A DNA stretch of 56,056 nucleotides from Candidatus Subterrananammoxibius californiae (GCA_030586555.1 JAURAC010000022.1:1-56056), one strand, 5' to 3'; numbered from the stretch's first letter, positions 9,284 to 19,479 are shown. Translations and numbers: made by a program. The notes: generated by a model from the letters alone, not told the origin.

Positions 9284-11161
9284 ATGGGTAAAGGTGGCAA
9301 ATTAAATTGGCGTACCTTTAGTAAACGGTTTGTTCTGTTTTCTGGTATCTGTTTTCTATTATCTGTTTCCTGTTACCTGTCTCCTGTCCTCTGTTATGGT
9401 CAGTGGGCAGCTACATATGCAAGAAATGGTTTTGATCAACCCCGTTCCATCCAGCAGACCATTGACGGCGGCTACATCGCGGCTGGTACAAGTGGCTCCA
9501 CAGGGGCCAATACAAATGGAGGATACGACATCTGGGTAGTTAAGCTTGATGCCAATGGCGCTATCCAGTGGCAGAAGGCTTATGGGGGGTCTCTTTCTGA
9601 GTATGCCGGCGACATACGGCAAACCAATGATGGCGGCTACATCGTGGCTGGTTCAACATATTCCTTTGGCGCTGGAAAAGCGGACATCCTGGTAATAAAG
9701 CTCGACGCTATGGGTAACATCCAGTGGCAGAAGACATACGGGAAAAGCGACTATGATGTGGCAAGTTCCATCCAACAGACCTTTGACGGCGGCTACATTG
9801 TGGCTGGCACGACAACATCCTTTGGCGTTGTAATTAATGGAATTGTCAGCGAAATACCAGACGCCTGGGTATTGAAGCTCGATGCCATTGGTAATATTCA
9901 ATGGCAGAAGGTCTATGGGGGAACTGCTTCTGATACTGCCAGTTCCATCCAGCAGACCAGTGATGGTGGCTACATCGTGGCTGGTACGACATTCCTCCCC
10001 ACTTCTGGAGCTAATGCCGATATCTGGGTGTTTAAACTTGATGCCAGTGGTAAAATCCAGTGGCAAAAGACCTTTGTGGATAAGATATATATGGGAGGGC
10101 TTGCGTATGAGTATGCCACATCCGTCCAACAGACCAGCGACGGTGGGTTCGTCGTGGCTGGTTGTTCTGGTGCCTTTGGCGGTGGAGCATATAGTGGTGG
10201 ATATGGTGGAGACTTCTGGGTGTTGAAACTTGATACCAACGGTAATCTCCAATGGCAAAAGACCTATGGGGGACCTTATGGGGAGTGGGCATATTCCATC
10301 CAGCAGACCAGCGATGATGGCTACATCGTGGCTGGCAGGACACTTTCCTTCCCGATCGTTGGTGATGTAAGAAAGGTCGCCTTTTGGGTATTGAAACTTG
10401 ATATCAGCGGCATTGTCCAGTGGCAGAAGACCTATGGAAGGAGTCATTATGATGAGGCATTTTCCATTCAGCAGACCAGTGACGGCGGCTACATCGTGGC
10501 TGGGCTGACATATACCAGTGGTATTGGATGGCACTTCTGGGTATTGAAGCTCGAACCAAACGGAACAATAAGCCCCTCCTGCGACTTTATAAGGGATACC
10601 AATATCTTGGGGATGGACAGTATCGCCATACCTGTCAACACCTCTGCCAGCGTTAGGAAAAGTAGAGCAAAAACCCTGAACGCCTACGCCACGGTTAGAG
10701 ATATCAATTCTTCACCAAACTACCTCTGTTATGCAGGTACAATTCCGACAACCACAGTTCCAACCACTACAACGACAATTGCAGTTCCAACTACTACAAC
10801 TATAACCACGACTACTACAACCATAAACACAACTACAACAACAATACCATCGTCATCGTTGGCAAAGATATGCTTTACACCTCCTGCTAAGTTTAGTTTA
10901 ACGCGGGGACAGACCCAGTGTGCGCCACTCCAGATATGGAATTGTGGGAGTGGAACGTTAAACTTCTCGGTGAGCGAGAATTGTAACTGGCTGACGCTCA
11001 GTCCAACAAGCGGCACATCAACAGGAAATATGATTAGTGTGCAAGCTTGCGTTGATACTACTGGTATGGCTATTGGCGGTTATCAATGCACCGTGACTAT
11101 CACTACACCAGGCGCATCAAACCCCACACAGATGTGTGTAATCGAGTTGGAGATTCAATAA
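9284..11161 (+). CDS. Secreted beta-propeller repeat protein with Thr-rich linker and C-terminal BACON-like domain
   Basis: Signal peptide, about 7 repeats of WQKTYGG..A.SIQQT.DGGYIVAG..WV.KLD..G, a poly-Thr linker, and a WLTLSPTSG-containing C-terminal domain. Confidence 0.75.
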   Translation: MGKGGKLNWRTFSKRFVLFSGICFLLSVSCYLSPVLCYGQWAATYARNGFDQPRSIQQTIDGGYIAAGTSGSTGANTNGGYDIWVVKLDANGAIQWQKAYGGSLSEYAGDIRQTNDGGYIVAGSTYSFGAGKADILVIKLDAMGNIQWQKTYGKSDYDVASSIQQTFDGGYIVAGTTTSFGVVINGIVSEIPDAWVLKLDAIGNIQWQKVYGGTASDTASSIQQTSDGGYIVAGTTFLPTSGANADIWVFKLDASGKIQWQKTFVDKIYMGGLAYEYATSVQQTSDGGFVVAGCSGAFGGGAYSGGYGGDFWVLKLDTNGNLQWQKTYGGPYGEWAYSIQQTSDDGYIVAGRTLSFPIVGDVRKVAFWVLKLDISGIVQWQKTYGRSHYDEAFSIQQTSDGGYIVAGLTYTSGIGWHFWVLKLEPNGTISPSCDFIRDTNILGMDSIAIPVNTSASVRKSRAKTLNAYATVRDINSSPNYLCYAGTIPTTTVPTTTTTIAVPTTTTITTTTTTINTTTTTIPSSSLAKICFTPPAKFSLTRGQTQCAPLQIWNCGSGTLNFSVSENCNWLTLSPTSGTSTGNMISVQACVDTTGMAIGGYQCTVTITTPGASNPTQMCVIELEIQ

Positions 11162-11181
11162 AAGATACCCACCGAGACAAT

Positions 11182-11209
11182 GTAGGGGCTTGATTAATTA
11201 AGCCCCTAC
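11182..11209. repeat. GTAGGGGC-family REP-like palindrome
   Basis: gtaggggcttgattaattaagcccctac. Contains the TAG stop of the DUF433 gene. Confidence 0.85.
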
Positions 11210-11415
11210 TTTATTACCTCAGTTCCATAGAGAAGGGCTGCCCTGATGTCTAACGTTGTAAGATGTGGATAATCATCCAAAATCTCCTTTGCCTCCATCC
11301 CTTGAGCAAGCAATTTTAAAATAAGGTCTACAGGTATACGCGTCCCTTTAATTACCGGCTTCCCTGCCATAATTTCCGGATTAACTACAATCCTCTTTAA
11401 AAGTTTTTTTTCCAT
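11206..11415 (-). CDS. DUF433 family protein (orphan antitoxin-like)
   Basis: RIVVNPEIMAGKPVIKGTRIPV...EILDDYPHLT...IRAALLY. Confidence 0.88.
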   Translation of the reverse strand: MEKKLLKRIVVNPEIMAGKPVIKGTRIPVDLILKLLAQGMEAKEILDDYPHLTTLDIRAALLYGTEVIK

Positions 11416-11523
11416 AACGTCTCTCTTTCGTTTAAACGTAACTTTTTATAGGAGTACATGCTATATATTAGATGCATCAGAAGATTTGTCAATACAAATT
11501 TGCACAAGGTATGTTTTTAATCT

Positions 11524-12075
11524 TTACAGCTTTCTGTATTTTTTTACACCGATTTCGTAAAGGTCATTGCCGTAAATGTCATTCACCACAACGACAGGAA
11601 AATCTTTTACATAAAGCTTCCGAATCGCCTCCGTGCCTAAATCTTCATAGGCGATTACTTCTGCACTTTTGATTGTCCTGGCGATAAGAGCCCCTGCTCC
11701 GCCTACGGCTGCAAAATAAACAGCCTTATATTTCTTCATAGCCTCGATAACCGGGGGTGTTCTGTTGCCCTTGCCAATGGTTGCTTTTAAGCCCTTCTCG
11801 AGGAGCTTTACGGTGTAGGTGTCCATCCGATAACTTGTCGTAGGACCCGCAGAGCCAATAGGCATACCGGGCTTTGGCGGTGTTGGACCTACGTAATAGA
11901 TTACTTGTCCTTTTATGTCAAAAGGAAGTGCCTGCCCATTGTCTATAAGTTCTATGAGGCGTTTATGCGCCGCATCCCTCGCTGTATATACAAACCCAGT
12001 AATAAGCGCCTTATCCCCGCTGTGCAAGCTTTCAACATCTTTATCAGATAATGGTGTTTTTAGAGAATATGTCAT
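11524..12075 (-). CDS. Fe-S hydro-lyase (class I fumarate hydratase-type) beta subunit
   Basis: YTARDAAHKRL, GSAGPTTSYRMD, IGKG, DLGTEAI motifs. Confidence 0.92.
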   Translation of the reverse strand: MTYSLKTPLSDKDVESLHSGDKALITGFVYTARDAAHKRLIELIDNGQALPFDIKGQVIYYVGPTPPKPGMPIGSAGPTTSYRMDTYTVKLLEKGLKATIGKGNRTPPVIEAMKKYKAVYFAAVGGAGALIARTIKSAEVIAYEDLGTEAIRKLYVKDFPVVVVNDIYGNDLYEIGVKKYRKL

Positions 12076-12085
12076 AGGTTATTGG

Positions 12086-12928
12086 TCACAAAACGACTGT
12101 TTTGTGGCGATGAGAATGGCATTCAATATTCACAGCCACAGGCAGGCTTGTGATATGGCAAGGATGCTTCTCCACATGAACTGCAAGGGCAGTAACAGTG
12201 CCACCGATGCCCTGAGGACCTATGCCGAGGCTGTTAATCTTTTCAAGGAGTTCCCGTTCAAGGGCTGCCGTAGCCGGGTCTGGATTTGGCATTCCAATGG
12301 GTCTTAGCAAAGACTTTTTCGCAAGGTAAGCCGCATAATCAAAAGTCCCTCCAATACCTACCCCCACAATTATAGGAGGACAGGGATTAGCGCCAGCTTC
12401 CCTTACTGTATTAACGACAAAATCAATAACCCCCTTTTGCCCCTGAGCGGGTGTAAGCATTGTAAGGCGGCTCATATTCTCACAACCGCCCCCCTTTTCC
12501 AGTATCGTTATCTTGAGCTTATCGCCAGGAACAATATCAGTATGAATTACAGCGGGGGTATTATCGCCGGTATTAACACGGTCAAAAGGGTCTTTTACCA
12601 TTGATTTTCTCAGGTATCCTTCACGGTACCCCCGACGAATACCCTCATTTATAGCTTCGTAGAGCGACCCTTCGGCAATCTGCACATCCTGCCCAACCTC
12701 GACGAATATGCAGGCAACACCTGTATCCTGGCAGATGGGCATGGATTCTTCCCTGCCTATACGTGCATTTTCGAGGAGCTGTGTGATGATTTCTTTGCCA
12801 ATGGGTGATTCTTCCCTTTCGAGGGCTTGCTCTAATGCCCTAATAACATCCTCGCTAAGATTAAAGCTCGCATCCATACATAGCGCCGAAACCTTCTCGA
12901 TAATTTCTTGTGCCTTAATTTGATGCAT
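12086..12928 (-). CDS. Fe-S hydro-lyase (class I fumarate hydratase-type) alpha subunit
   Basis: PICQDTG, KGGGCEN, ANPCPP, PCHITSLPVAVNIECH motifs. Confidence 0.92.
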   Translation of the reverse strand: MHQIKAQEIIEKVSALCMDASFNLSEDVIRALEQALEREESPIGKEIITQLLENARIGREESMPICQDTGVACIFVEVGQDVQIAEGSLYEAINEGIRRGYREGYLRKSMVKDPFDRVNTGDNTPAVIHTDIVPGDKLKITILEKGGGCENMSRLTMLTPAQGQKGVIDFVVNTVREAGANPCPPIIVGVGIGGTFDYAAYLAKKSLLRPIGMPNPDPATAALERELLEKINSLGIGPQGIGGTVTALAVHVEKHPCHITSLPVAVNIECHSHRHKTVVL

Positions 12929-12939
12929 ATATTTGTTAA

Positions 12940-13053
12940 AACTCTAAATTCTAAATCCGAAATCCTAAACAAATCCAAATGCTCCAAATCCCAAATTCAA
13001 AATTTGAGAATTGGGATTTTGAATTTCGATATTGTTTAGGATTTGGAATTTTA
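12940..13053. repeat. Long imperfect palindrome built from heptamer units (AAATCCT/AAATTCT)
   Basis: ctaaattctaaatccgaaatcctaaacaaatccaaat ... atttgagaattgggattttgaatttcgatattgtttaggatttggaattt. Confidence 0.8.
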
Positions 13054-13090
13054 ATCTGTATAATATCTAACTTATCAAAACTCATGCCTA

Positions 13091-14104
13091 CTAATCCAGA
13101 TATGTATAGCCGTATTTGATCGCTTTAACATTTTCACTTAAGAATTTGGATGGCAGTTCGGACTCGAAGTTAACCTTTTCAATGTCTATACCGATGTATT
13201 TAAGCAGTCTTCCGAGCGCTATCATATTGACAAACATCTGGCTGCCAAACTGTTCACTGGACATACGTTTAAAAGGGATGCGGTCGCTTACAAGGTTTTC
13301 AAAGGCATAGCGGTCGCTTCCCCTTTTAAAAACAGAATCATCCATAATCTCTTTTTTTGCATTAAATATTCGAGGATTAGAGTCCGACAGCCTGAGGCAC
13401 AAATCGGCTTCCTCAAAGAACGGCACCTCAATCTTCTCGTCTGAATATATTACTTCTGCCGTTATGTTTCCACTCCTTACGGCAGAATCATAAATCAGGT
13501 TCAGTGAAACCTCTTTACCTAATCTGGTAAGGATACTGGCTAAGGAATGCGCCATAAGTTTTATACCCTGCCCTGCCTCACCTGCAAGTATAATCTTCTT
13601 TGCTGCACGTTCAGCAGGCACAATGGCTAATTTCCTTACCATAAGAATTATACTGACACCGAAGAATTGCTCATCTATATAGGCTTTCTCCTCAAACCCC
13701 ACGCTTTGGAAAAGTTTATACGCAGAAACCTGAGAAGGATATGTAAATAACTTCACCTCGTGGCAATGTCTCATCTCAAATTCTTTAACGGCGGCTTCAA
13801 GGATGCTCTTGGCATATCCTTTTTTCCTGTGCCCCCTTGAAACACCAATCCAGTTTATATGACCAATACCTTCGGAAAGCCACGCAAACAGAAAGCCCAC
13901 AACCTTGTCTCCCTCTTTTGCTACAAGATACATGCTGTTGTTGTCGCTAAGGCGGTCCTCAATCTTGTTAATTGAGTAGGCATCCTTATAATGCTTGCGC
14001 TCAAACTCAGAGGCGTCTGCATGCAGTTCATCTATTATGTCGCAGAAAAGGTGGATAGTCGCCTCTGCATCTTTAGCCTTCATTTTTTCTATTGTGTGTT
14101 GCAT
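13091..14104 (-). CDS. GNAT acyltransferase fused to 2-oxoacid:ferredoxin oxidoreductase gamma subunit
   Basis: N-terminal GNAT (IGVSRGHRKKGYAKSIL, AYKLFQSVGF) continuous with a gamma domain (IILAGEAGQGIKL...YDSAVRSG...NMIALG). Confidence 0.8.
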   Translation of the reverse strand: MQHTIEKMKAKDAEATIHLFCDIIDELHADASEFERKHYKDAYSINKIEDRLSDNNSMYLVAKEGDKVVGFLFAWLSEGIGHINWIGVSRGHRKKGYAKSILEAAVKEFEMRHCHEVKLFTYPSQVSAYKLFQSVGFEEKAYIDEQFFGVSIILMVRKLAIVPAERAAKKIILAGEAGQGIKLMAHSLASILTRLGKEVSLNLIYDSAVRSGNITAEVIYSDEKIEVPFFEEADLCLRLSDSNPRIFNAKKEIMDDSVFKRGSDRYAFENLVSDRIPFKRMSSEQFGSQMFVNMIALGRLLKYIGIDIEKVNFESELPSKFLSENVKAIKYGYTYLD

Positions 14105-14248
14105 GATGTTATGATAACCCGATTTTGCCTATCGGTTTAGTAATTTTAACAAACTTAAAAAAGTTTTTCAAAAAGCATGCTCCATTAACATGCTTTTTAC
14201 TTTTGCAGTCTTGTTATCAAAAGCCATGTACTCATAAAAGTCTGGACT

Positions 14249-14638
14249 TCAAGATAACCACGCCAACTTTTCTTCTTTCTCAGCATAAGGTGTCCATATT
14301 TGCATCCCCATGTGTGACACTCGAATCACCTTGCCCATGCGTTTGGCTTTTGTGTTAAATAAAGGATGTTGCAAAAATCTACGGATAAAACTGGCTACAT
14401 CATATTCACCTATAGCCAGACACACCAAACAATAGTTAGCATGACAAAGATGGCGATGGTAAAAACCTAAATCACGGGTAAAGAAACTTACCGAACCAAT
14501 TTGGTGCAGAAACGGAATAACCTCTTCGTCTTTCATTCCTTGGTGACCGACTTCATGACCAACTTGGCGAACCCTGATCCGCCAACTACGCAAAAGTTGC
14601 CGTTGACTCTCGGGGATATTTTCATCCAGAACATTCAC
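14249..14638 (-). CDS. DUF5615/PIN-like toxin
   Basis: LDENIP...DEEVI...FTRDLGF. Overlaps the stop of the upstream DUF433 gene. Confidence 0.7.
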   Translation of the reverse strand: MNVLDENIPESQRQLLRSWRIRVRQVGHEVGHQGMKDEEVIPFLHQIGSVSFFTRDLGFYHRHLCHANYCLVCLAIGEYDVASFIRRFLQHPLFNTKAKRMGKVIRVSHMGMQIWTPYAEKEEKLAWLS

Positions 14639-14889
14639 AAGTCAGCGGTCTCCGTTACCAACTCGGAGGCGTGGGTAACCAGAGCCTCACGAGCTATACG
14701 AACAGCTTCAGCAATTGCTTCTTTTGTCAATGCTCCACGCCATTCTTCTACAATAGCCTCCCAGGACATGCCGCTGGCTACCTGTTCAAGCACGTCCGCA
14801 ACCAGGATGCGTGTGCCACGAAAAGTTGGCTTGCCATGGCAGATACCAGGGTCAGCCACGATGTATCGTCCCAAAGTTTTAGTCCCCAA
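14635..14889 (-). CDS. DUF433 family antitoxin
   Basis: IVADPGICHGKPTFRGTRILV with SD aggagg upstream. Confidence 0.88.
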   Translation of the reverse strand: MGTKTLGRYIVADPGICHGKPTFRGTRILVADVLEQVASGMSWEAIVEEWRGALTKEAIAEAVRIAREALVTHASELVTETADL

Positions 14890-14948
14890 AAAGTCTCCTC
14901 CTGACCAACCTCAAGTTGCATTTACAAGACTTGCTTGTATCTTTTATC

Positions 14949-15155
14949 TCATTTGAGTATCAGATGTCTGTATGCCTCAATTGCCTCCGTGTGGCGTTCG
15001 AGACCATAATAAGCTACACCCAGGTAGTAGTGCGCCATGGCAAAATCTGGCTTTATGTGGGTCACATGCTTGTAGGCTTCAATCGCCTCGTTCCAGTATC
15101 CGAGTTTGCCATAAGCTACGCCCAGATTGTAATACTCCTCAGCGCCTGATTTCAT
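14949..15155 (-). CDS. Short TPR protein, probably truncated
   Basis: AEEYYNLGVAY...AHYYLGVAY two TPR units, ending abruptly next to the TA cassette. Confidence 0.65.
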   Translation of the reverse strand: MKSGAEEYYNLGVAYGKLGYWNEAIEAYKHVTHIKPDFAMAHYYLGVAYYGLERHTEAIEAYRHLILK

Positions 15156-15185
15156 TTAAAATTTCTTCCTTACTGGTAATTTTGC

Positions 15186-15935
15186 CTAACTGTTGGTCTT
15201 CATCGGCTCCGTCGTTATCCCAATCTCATTATCGTTCAACTGTGGCGTATTGTCGTTAATTTTGTAGTTTTCTTTATAGGACATGAGCATTTCGTGTGCG
15301 TTATTAAAGCCCAATCTCCTGCCGTTATTCACGATGCATTGAATCCTTGCCTCTACAAAGGAAAAGCCTCTGTGCTTAAATGCCGCCATAATACATTTTT
15401 TCATGTGCTTGATATGAAACGCAGTAGTGCGTGCATAGAAGCAGTCATGTCCCCTGACAATTGCCTGAACGTTGACAGGTATATCGTTACAGCCTCTCGG
15501 AGTCGTGAGCGTCTTGATACCGAGACGCGTGGTTGGGGATACCTGACCCCCCGTCATCCCGTATATCTCGTTGTCAAAGCAAATAACAGTAATATCTGCA
15601 TTACGCCTCGTTGCATGAAGCAGGTGATTACCTCCGATGCCAAGCAGGTCGCCGTCACCGCTCATAACAACCACCTTTAACTTCTCATTAGCTGCCTTTA
15701 TTCCTTCGGCTACTGGAATTGCCCTGCCATGGGCTGTATGCACAGTATCAAGGTCAAAGTATCCTGCGCTTCTGCCTGAGCAGCCTATTCCAGACACTAC
15801 TATAACCTCGTTCTTTGGGATGTTAAGCTCGTCGAGCACATCGCACACGGTCTTTAAGACGATACCGTTTCCACAGCCTGGACACCACGTCGTGGGCAGT
15901 AATTCTTGCCTTAAATAATTCATAAAGCTACGCAT
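15186..15935 (-). CDS. 2-oxoacid:ferredoxin oxidoreductase beta subunit
   Basis: WCPGCGNG, SGIGCS, HGRA, GDGD, DNEIYGMTGGQ motifs. Confidence 0.93.
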   Translation of the reverse strand: MRSFMNYLRQELLPTTWCPGCGNGIVLKTVCDVLDELNIPKNEVIVVSGIGCSGRSAGYFDLDTVHTAHGRAIPVAEGIKAANEKLKVVVMSGDGDLLGIGGNHLLHATRRNADITVICFDNEIYGMTGGQVSPTTRLGIKTLTTPRGCNDIPVNVQAIVRGHDCFYARTTAFHIKHMKKCIMAAFKHRGFSFVEARIQCIVNNGRRLGFNNAHEMLMSYKENYKINDNTPQLNDNEIGITTEPMKTNS

Positions 15936-15957
15936 TTTAACCTTCCCGGATTCAAAC

Positions 15958-16024
15958 GGTAGACAACGAATTTTATATTCGTTGATTTAAACCGCCTCAG
16001 GAGAATAAAACCTCGTTATCTACC
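15958..16024. repeat. GGTAGACAAC-family inverted doublet
   Basis: ggtagacaacgaattttatattcgttgat ... aaaacctcgttatctacc. Supplies the TAG stop of the alpha-subunit gene. Confidence 0.82.
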
Positions 16025-17039
16025 TAACCTTTTCATAAGCACTTAGTTTGTGCTCAATCTCTTTTAAATCTATTCTGCCACCGAGAATAGAAATCAGTCC
16101 AACATTCCTATGCAAGATTCTTTCTATTTCACCAACATACTGGCCGGCATTCATCTCCATTACAACTATATTATCATACTTCTCTGCAATATCCTTTATA
16201 TTTTCCATCACAGGAAACATTCTTATTGGCCTATAGATAGCATAATTTTCCTTGAAATAGTAGGCAGTTCTTGATAATGCGCCGTAAGAAATCAGTAACG
16301 TATCGGATGAATCATTCTCAACGTATTCGTAAAGATTATATTTCTTCGATACCTCATACTGTTTCGTCTGCAAGCGTGATATAAGGCTTCTGTGAACCTC
16401 TGGATTGGAGGTTACTGGCCGAGAGTTGCTATGGGTAAGGCCAGTGAAATGCCTATGCCCGGTCCCGAGTGGCGGCCGTTTCCTCTCCACTGACGGAAAA
16501 TCCCTTAACTCCACTGTTTCATAAAGGTGGCTTATATACCCGTCGCTTAAAAGAACTACGGGACTCATTGATTCCTCTGCAGCATTAAAGGCGCTGAAGG
16601 TATGCTCATAAAGCTCCGTTACAGAGTTTGGATAAAATACTATAGGGAAATAGTCCCCATGGCTGCCGTGTATGGATTGTATTACATCCCCCTGTGCTGG
16701 CATTGTGGGCATACCTGTGCTTGGACCCACGCGCTGTACATCAACGACCACAAGCGGCACCTCCATCATGTGCGCCAAGCCGATACTCTCCTGCATAAGG
16801 GAAAAGCCTGGTCCTGAAGTGGCAGTCATTGCCTTCGCTCCAGCTAATGAAGCGCCTATAACAGCATTAATGGAGGCAATCTCGTCTTCCATTTGCAACA
16901 CCTTCACTTTCCTGCTATTTACAAGTTCGTGAAGGATTTCTGAGGCAGGTGTAATTGGATAGCCAGCAAAAAATGTAAGGCCCGCCTTTTCAGCCGCCAG
17001 AACTATCGCTTGATTTCCCTGCAGGAGTTGCTTTGTCAT
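16020..17039 (-). CDS. 2-oxoacid:ferredoxin oxidoreductase alpha subunit
   Basis: GYPITPASE, QMEDE, ATSGPGFSLMQE, QRVGPSTGMPT, EMNAGQ motifs. Confidence 0.93.
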   Translation of the reverse strand: MTKQLLQGNQAIVLAAEKAGLTFFAGYPITPASEILHELVNSRKVKVLQMEDEIASINAVIGASLAGAKAMTATSGPGFSLMQESIGLAHMMEVPLVVVDVQRVGPSTGMPTMPAQGDVIQSIHGSHGDYFPIVFYPNSVTELYEHTFSAFNAAEESMSPVVLLSDGYISHLYETVELRDFPSVERKRPPLGTGHRHFTGLTHSNSRPVTSNPEVHRSLISRLQTKQYEVSKKYNLYEYVENDSSDTLLISYGALSRTAYYFKENYAIYRPIRMFPVMENIKDIAEKYDNIVVMEMNAGQYVGEIERILHRNVGLISILGGRIDLKEIEHKLSAYEKVR

Positions 17040-17253
17040 CTTCTACCCCTTGTGCTAAACTTGATTCAGCATCAACTGTAATTGCCATATCAGGACAATA
17101 AATCTCACACAGACGACACGCTATGCACTTCCCAAGTTCTGTAAGCTCGTTCTCACGAATCTCCAGGTCCTGCACCGGACAAAAACTTACGCAAATACCA
17201 CAAACCTTGCAGTATTTGTGGTTTATTGTTACTATACCCTTCTTCTTAGCCAT
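16990..17253 (-). CDS. 2x[4Fe-4S] ferredoxin (oxidoreductase delta subunit)
   Basis: [12 protein letters not shown] and [12 protein letters not shown]. Confidence 0.9.
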   Translation of the reverse strand: MAKKKGIVTINHKYCKVCGICVSFCPVQDLEIRENELTELGKCIACRLCEIYCPDMAITVDAESSLAQGVEDDKATPAGKSSDSSGG

Positions 17254-18151
17254 CGTATAATCTCTTTAAAACCGTTTTCCCTATATCAGCAGGGCTTTCT
17301 GCCACTGTAACGCCTGCATCTTTTAATGCGTTAATCTTCCCTTCCGCAGTCCCTTTGCCCATAGCAATTATGGCGCCGGCATGTCCCATGCGCTTTTCTT
17401 TTGGGGCTGTCCGCCCCGCAACAAATGCAATTACTGGCTTCGTCATGTGTTCCTTTATAAATACTGCCGCTTCTTCTTCAGCGCTGCCGCCTATCTCGCC
17501 AATTAGAACCACAGCCTCTGTGCCCTTATCTTCCTCAAAAAGCTTAAGCATATCAATAAAACTGCTGCCGAGGATGGGGTCTCCGCCAATACCGATACAT
17601 GTTGACTGTCCAATCTTATTTTCGGTAAGTTGCCAGACGGCTTCATAGGTAAGCGTCCCACTTCTTGAAACAACACCTATCTTGCCTGGAATATGTATAT
17701 ATCCCGGCATAATCCCTATCTTGCATTTATCAGGGGTTATTACCCCTGGACAGTTAGGTCCAATAAGTCGCATGGAAGTGCTTGTCGTGCCTGAGACAGA
17801 CTCGCTATGGCGAGCAAGATACCTTTTAACCTTTAGCATGTCGAGGGTTGGTATGCCCTCGGTAATACAAACGGCAAGTCCAATACCAGCCTCAGCAGCC
17901 TCAATGATTGCATCTGCGGCATACGGGGCTGGGACAAATATGACAGAGGCATTTGCATCCGTTTCTTCAACAGCCTCCTTTACAGAGTTAAACACCGGAA
18001 CGCCTTGTTCTTTAGCACCTCCTTTGCCTGGAGTTACTCCTGCTACAACCTTCGTGCCGTAGTCTAACATCTGTCTTGTATGGAAACTTCCGGCACTTCC
18101 AGTAATACCTTGACAGACGACCCTTGTATTATCATTGGCCAATATGCTCAT
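17246..18151 (-). CDS. sucD: Succinyl-CoA synthetase alpha subunit
   Basis: [34 protein letters not shown] 18151 preferred because the upstream in-frame extension is repeat DNA. Confidence 0.95.
   Translation of the reverse strand: MSILANDNTRVVCQGITGSAGSFHTRQMLDYGTKVVAGVTPGKGGAKEQGVPVFNSVKEAVEETDANASVIFVPAPYAADAIIEAAEAGIGLAVCITEGIPTLDMLKVKRYLARHSESVSGTTSTSMRLIGPNCPGVITPDKCKIGIMPGYIHIPGKIGVVSRSGTLTYEAVWQLTENKIGQSTCIGIGGDPILGSSFIDMLKLFEEDKGTEAVVLIGEIGGSAEEEAAVFIKEHMTKPVIAFVAGRTAPKEKRMGHAGAIIAMGKGTAEGKINALKDAGVTVAESPADIGKTVLKRLYDG
17781..17818. repeat. GTCGTGCCT-family element, in-frame in sucD
   Basis: tgtcgtgcctgagacagactcgctatggcga, 26/31 identical to 31214-31244. Encodes the [10 protein letters not shown] insert. 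Confidence 0.75.
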
Positions 18152-18155
18152 TTTT

Positions 18156-18270
18156 AGGGAATAGGCAATAGGGAATACCAATTGTAAAATGCAAATTGGA
18201 AAATTTAAATTTTAAAATTTCCAATCTTCAATTTACAATAAATCTTTTGGCTATTCCCTATTGGCTATCC
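18156..18270. repeat. Nested inverted heptamer arrays between sucC and sucD
   Basis: Outer aggga-ataggca-ataggga / ctattcc-ctattgg-ctat arms enclose inner aattgta-aaatgca-aattgga / ccaatct-tcaattt-acaat arms. Confidence 0.8.
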
Positions 18271-19464
18271 AATTGCTCTAAGCACCTTTACTGCCCCATC
18301 GGTCATTCCATCGGCTGAGATTATGTTTAGTCCGGAGTCCTTGAGCAGCTTCTTGCCCTTCTCAACATTTGTACCTTCGAGCCTGACCACAAGAGGTACT
18401 TTTATACCAACATCTTTTACCGCCTTTATAATTCCTTCTGCAATCACATCACATTTCATTATACCACCAAATATGTTAACAAGGATAGCCTTTACTTTAG
18501 GGTCGGACAGGAGCAACTCAAAGGCATATTTTACCTTTTCGACAGGTGCATCGCCTCCCACATCAAGAAAGTTAGCAGGCTCTCCACCGTGAAGCTTAAT
18601 AATATCCATAGTTGCCATTGCAAGACCCGCGCCATTTACGAGACAGCCGATATTGCCATCAAGACCGATGTAACTTAAGCCGTGCCTTACTGCCTCGGCT
18701 TCAAGTAAATCTACACTATCGAAATCCCTCATGGATGCAATTTCGGGATGTCTGTAAAGGGCATTATCATCAATTACCATCTTTACATCGAGGGCAATAA
18801 TTCTGCTATCTTTGGTTAAGGCTAATGGGTTAATTTCGAGGAGGGAGCAGTCTTTTTCAATGAAAACCTTTGCTAAATTTGTTGCTAATTTAGCAGCTTC
18901 GTTTAGAAGGGATACACCCACTCCTAAAGCGGAGGCTATTCTACGAGCTTGAAAAATATGGAGTCCCAAAAAGGGGTCAAAAGGCTCTTTAAAGATGCTA
19001 TCAGGGGATTTTACGGCTATTTCTTCAATATCTATGCCCCCTTCTTTACTTCCAATTACTACAGGGGTTTCAGAGCTTCTATCTACTGTAAATGCGAGGT
19101 ATAATTCCCGTTCAATTGGCAGTGCCTCTTCTACCAAAATTTTTTTTACCTTTATGCCACTGGTGCCGGTTTGATGGGTAAAAAGTGGAGAGCCGAGCAT
19201 TTTTGCTGCGCAATCTTTTGCCTCATTGGGGGTATTGACTATTTTTATTCCACCACCCTTACCCCTGCCACCGGCAAGTACCTGGGCTTTAAGGACACAC
19301 CGTGGATTGAGTTCGGAGTTCGGAGTTCGGAGTTCAGCTTTGCTCCCTACAATCTCACTAAAGATTGCGGCGGCGTCTTCCGCTGTATCGGTATACCTGC
19401 CAGAAGGAATATTAATTCCATATATCTGCAAAATGCCCTTTGCCTGGTATTCATATATCTTCAA
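18265..19464 (-). CDS. sucC: Succinyl-CoA synthetase beta subunit
   Basis: KAQVLAGGRGKGGG, LEINPL, VNGAGLAMATMD, NIFGGI, VRLEGTN. TTG start. Confidence 0.95.
   Translation of the reverse strand: MKIYEYQAKGILQIYGINIPSGRYTDTAEDAAAIFSEIVGSKAELRTPNSELNPRCVLKAQVLAGGRGKGGGIKIVNTPNEAKDCAAKMLGSPLFTHQTGTSGIKVKKILVEEALPIERELYLAFTVDRSSETPVVIGSKEGGIDIEEIAVKSPDSIFKEPFDPFLGLHIFQARRIASALGVGVSLLNEAAKLATNLAKVFIEKDCSLLEINPLALTKDSRIIALDVKMVIDDNALYRHPEIASMRDFDSVDLLEAEAVRHGLSYIGLDGNIGCLVNGAGLAMATMDIIKLHGGEPANFLDVGGDAPVEKVKYAFELLLSDPKVKAILVNIFGGIMKCDVIAEGIIKAVKDVGIKVPLVVRLEGTNVEKGKKLLKDSGLNIISADGMTDGAVKVLRAIG
19309..19336. repeat. 4x heptamer GAGTTCG, in-frame in sucC
   Basis: gagttcg gagttcg gagttcg gagttca encodes ELRTPNSEL. 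Confidence 0.85.
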
Positions 19465-19479
19465 CGTCGTTATTGAAAC

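Noticed and set aside
9653..10534. 293-aa antisense ORF
   Set aside because: Shadow of the repetitive plus-strand gene, with no recognisable motifs.
9400..10560. Regularly spaced DNA repeats resembling an array
   Set aside because: They are coding repeats of the beta-propeller protein with codon-level divergence, not CRISPR repeats with unique spacers.
10735..10850. ACA/ACT-rich low-complexity tract
   Set aside because: Encodes an ordinary poly-Thr linker.
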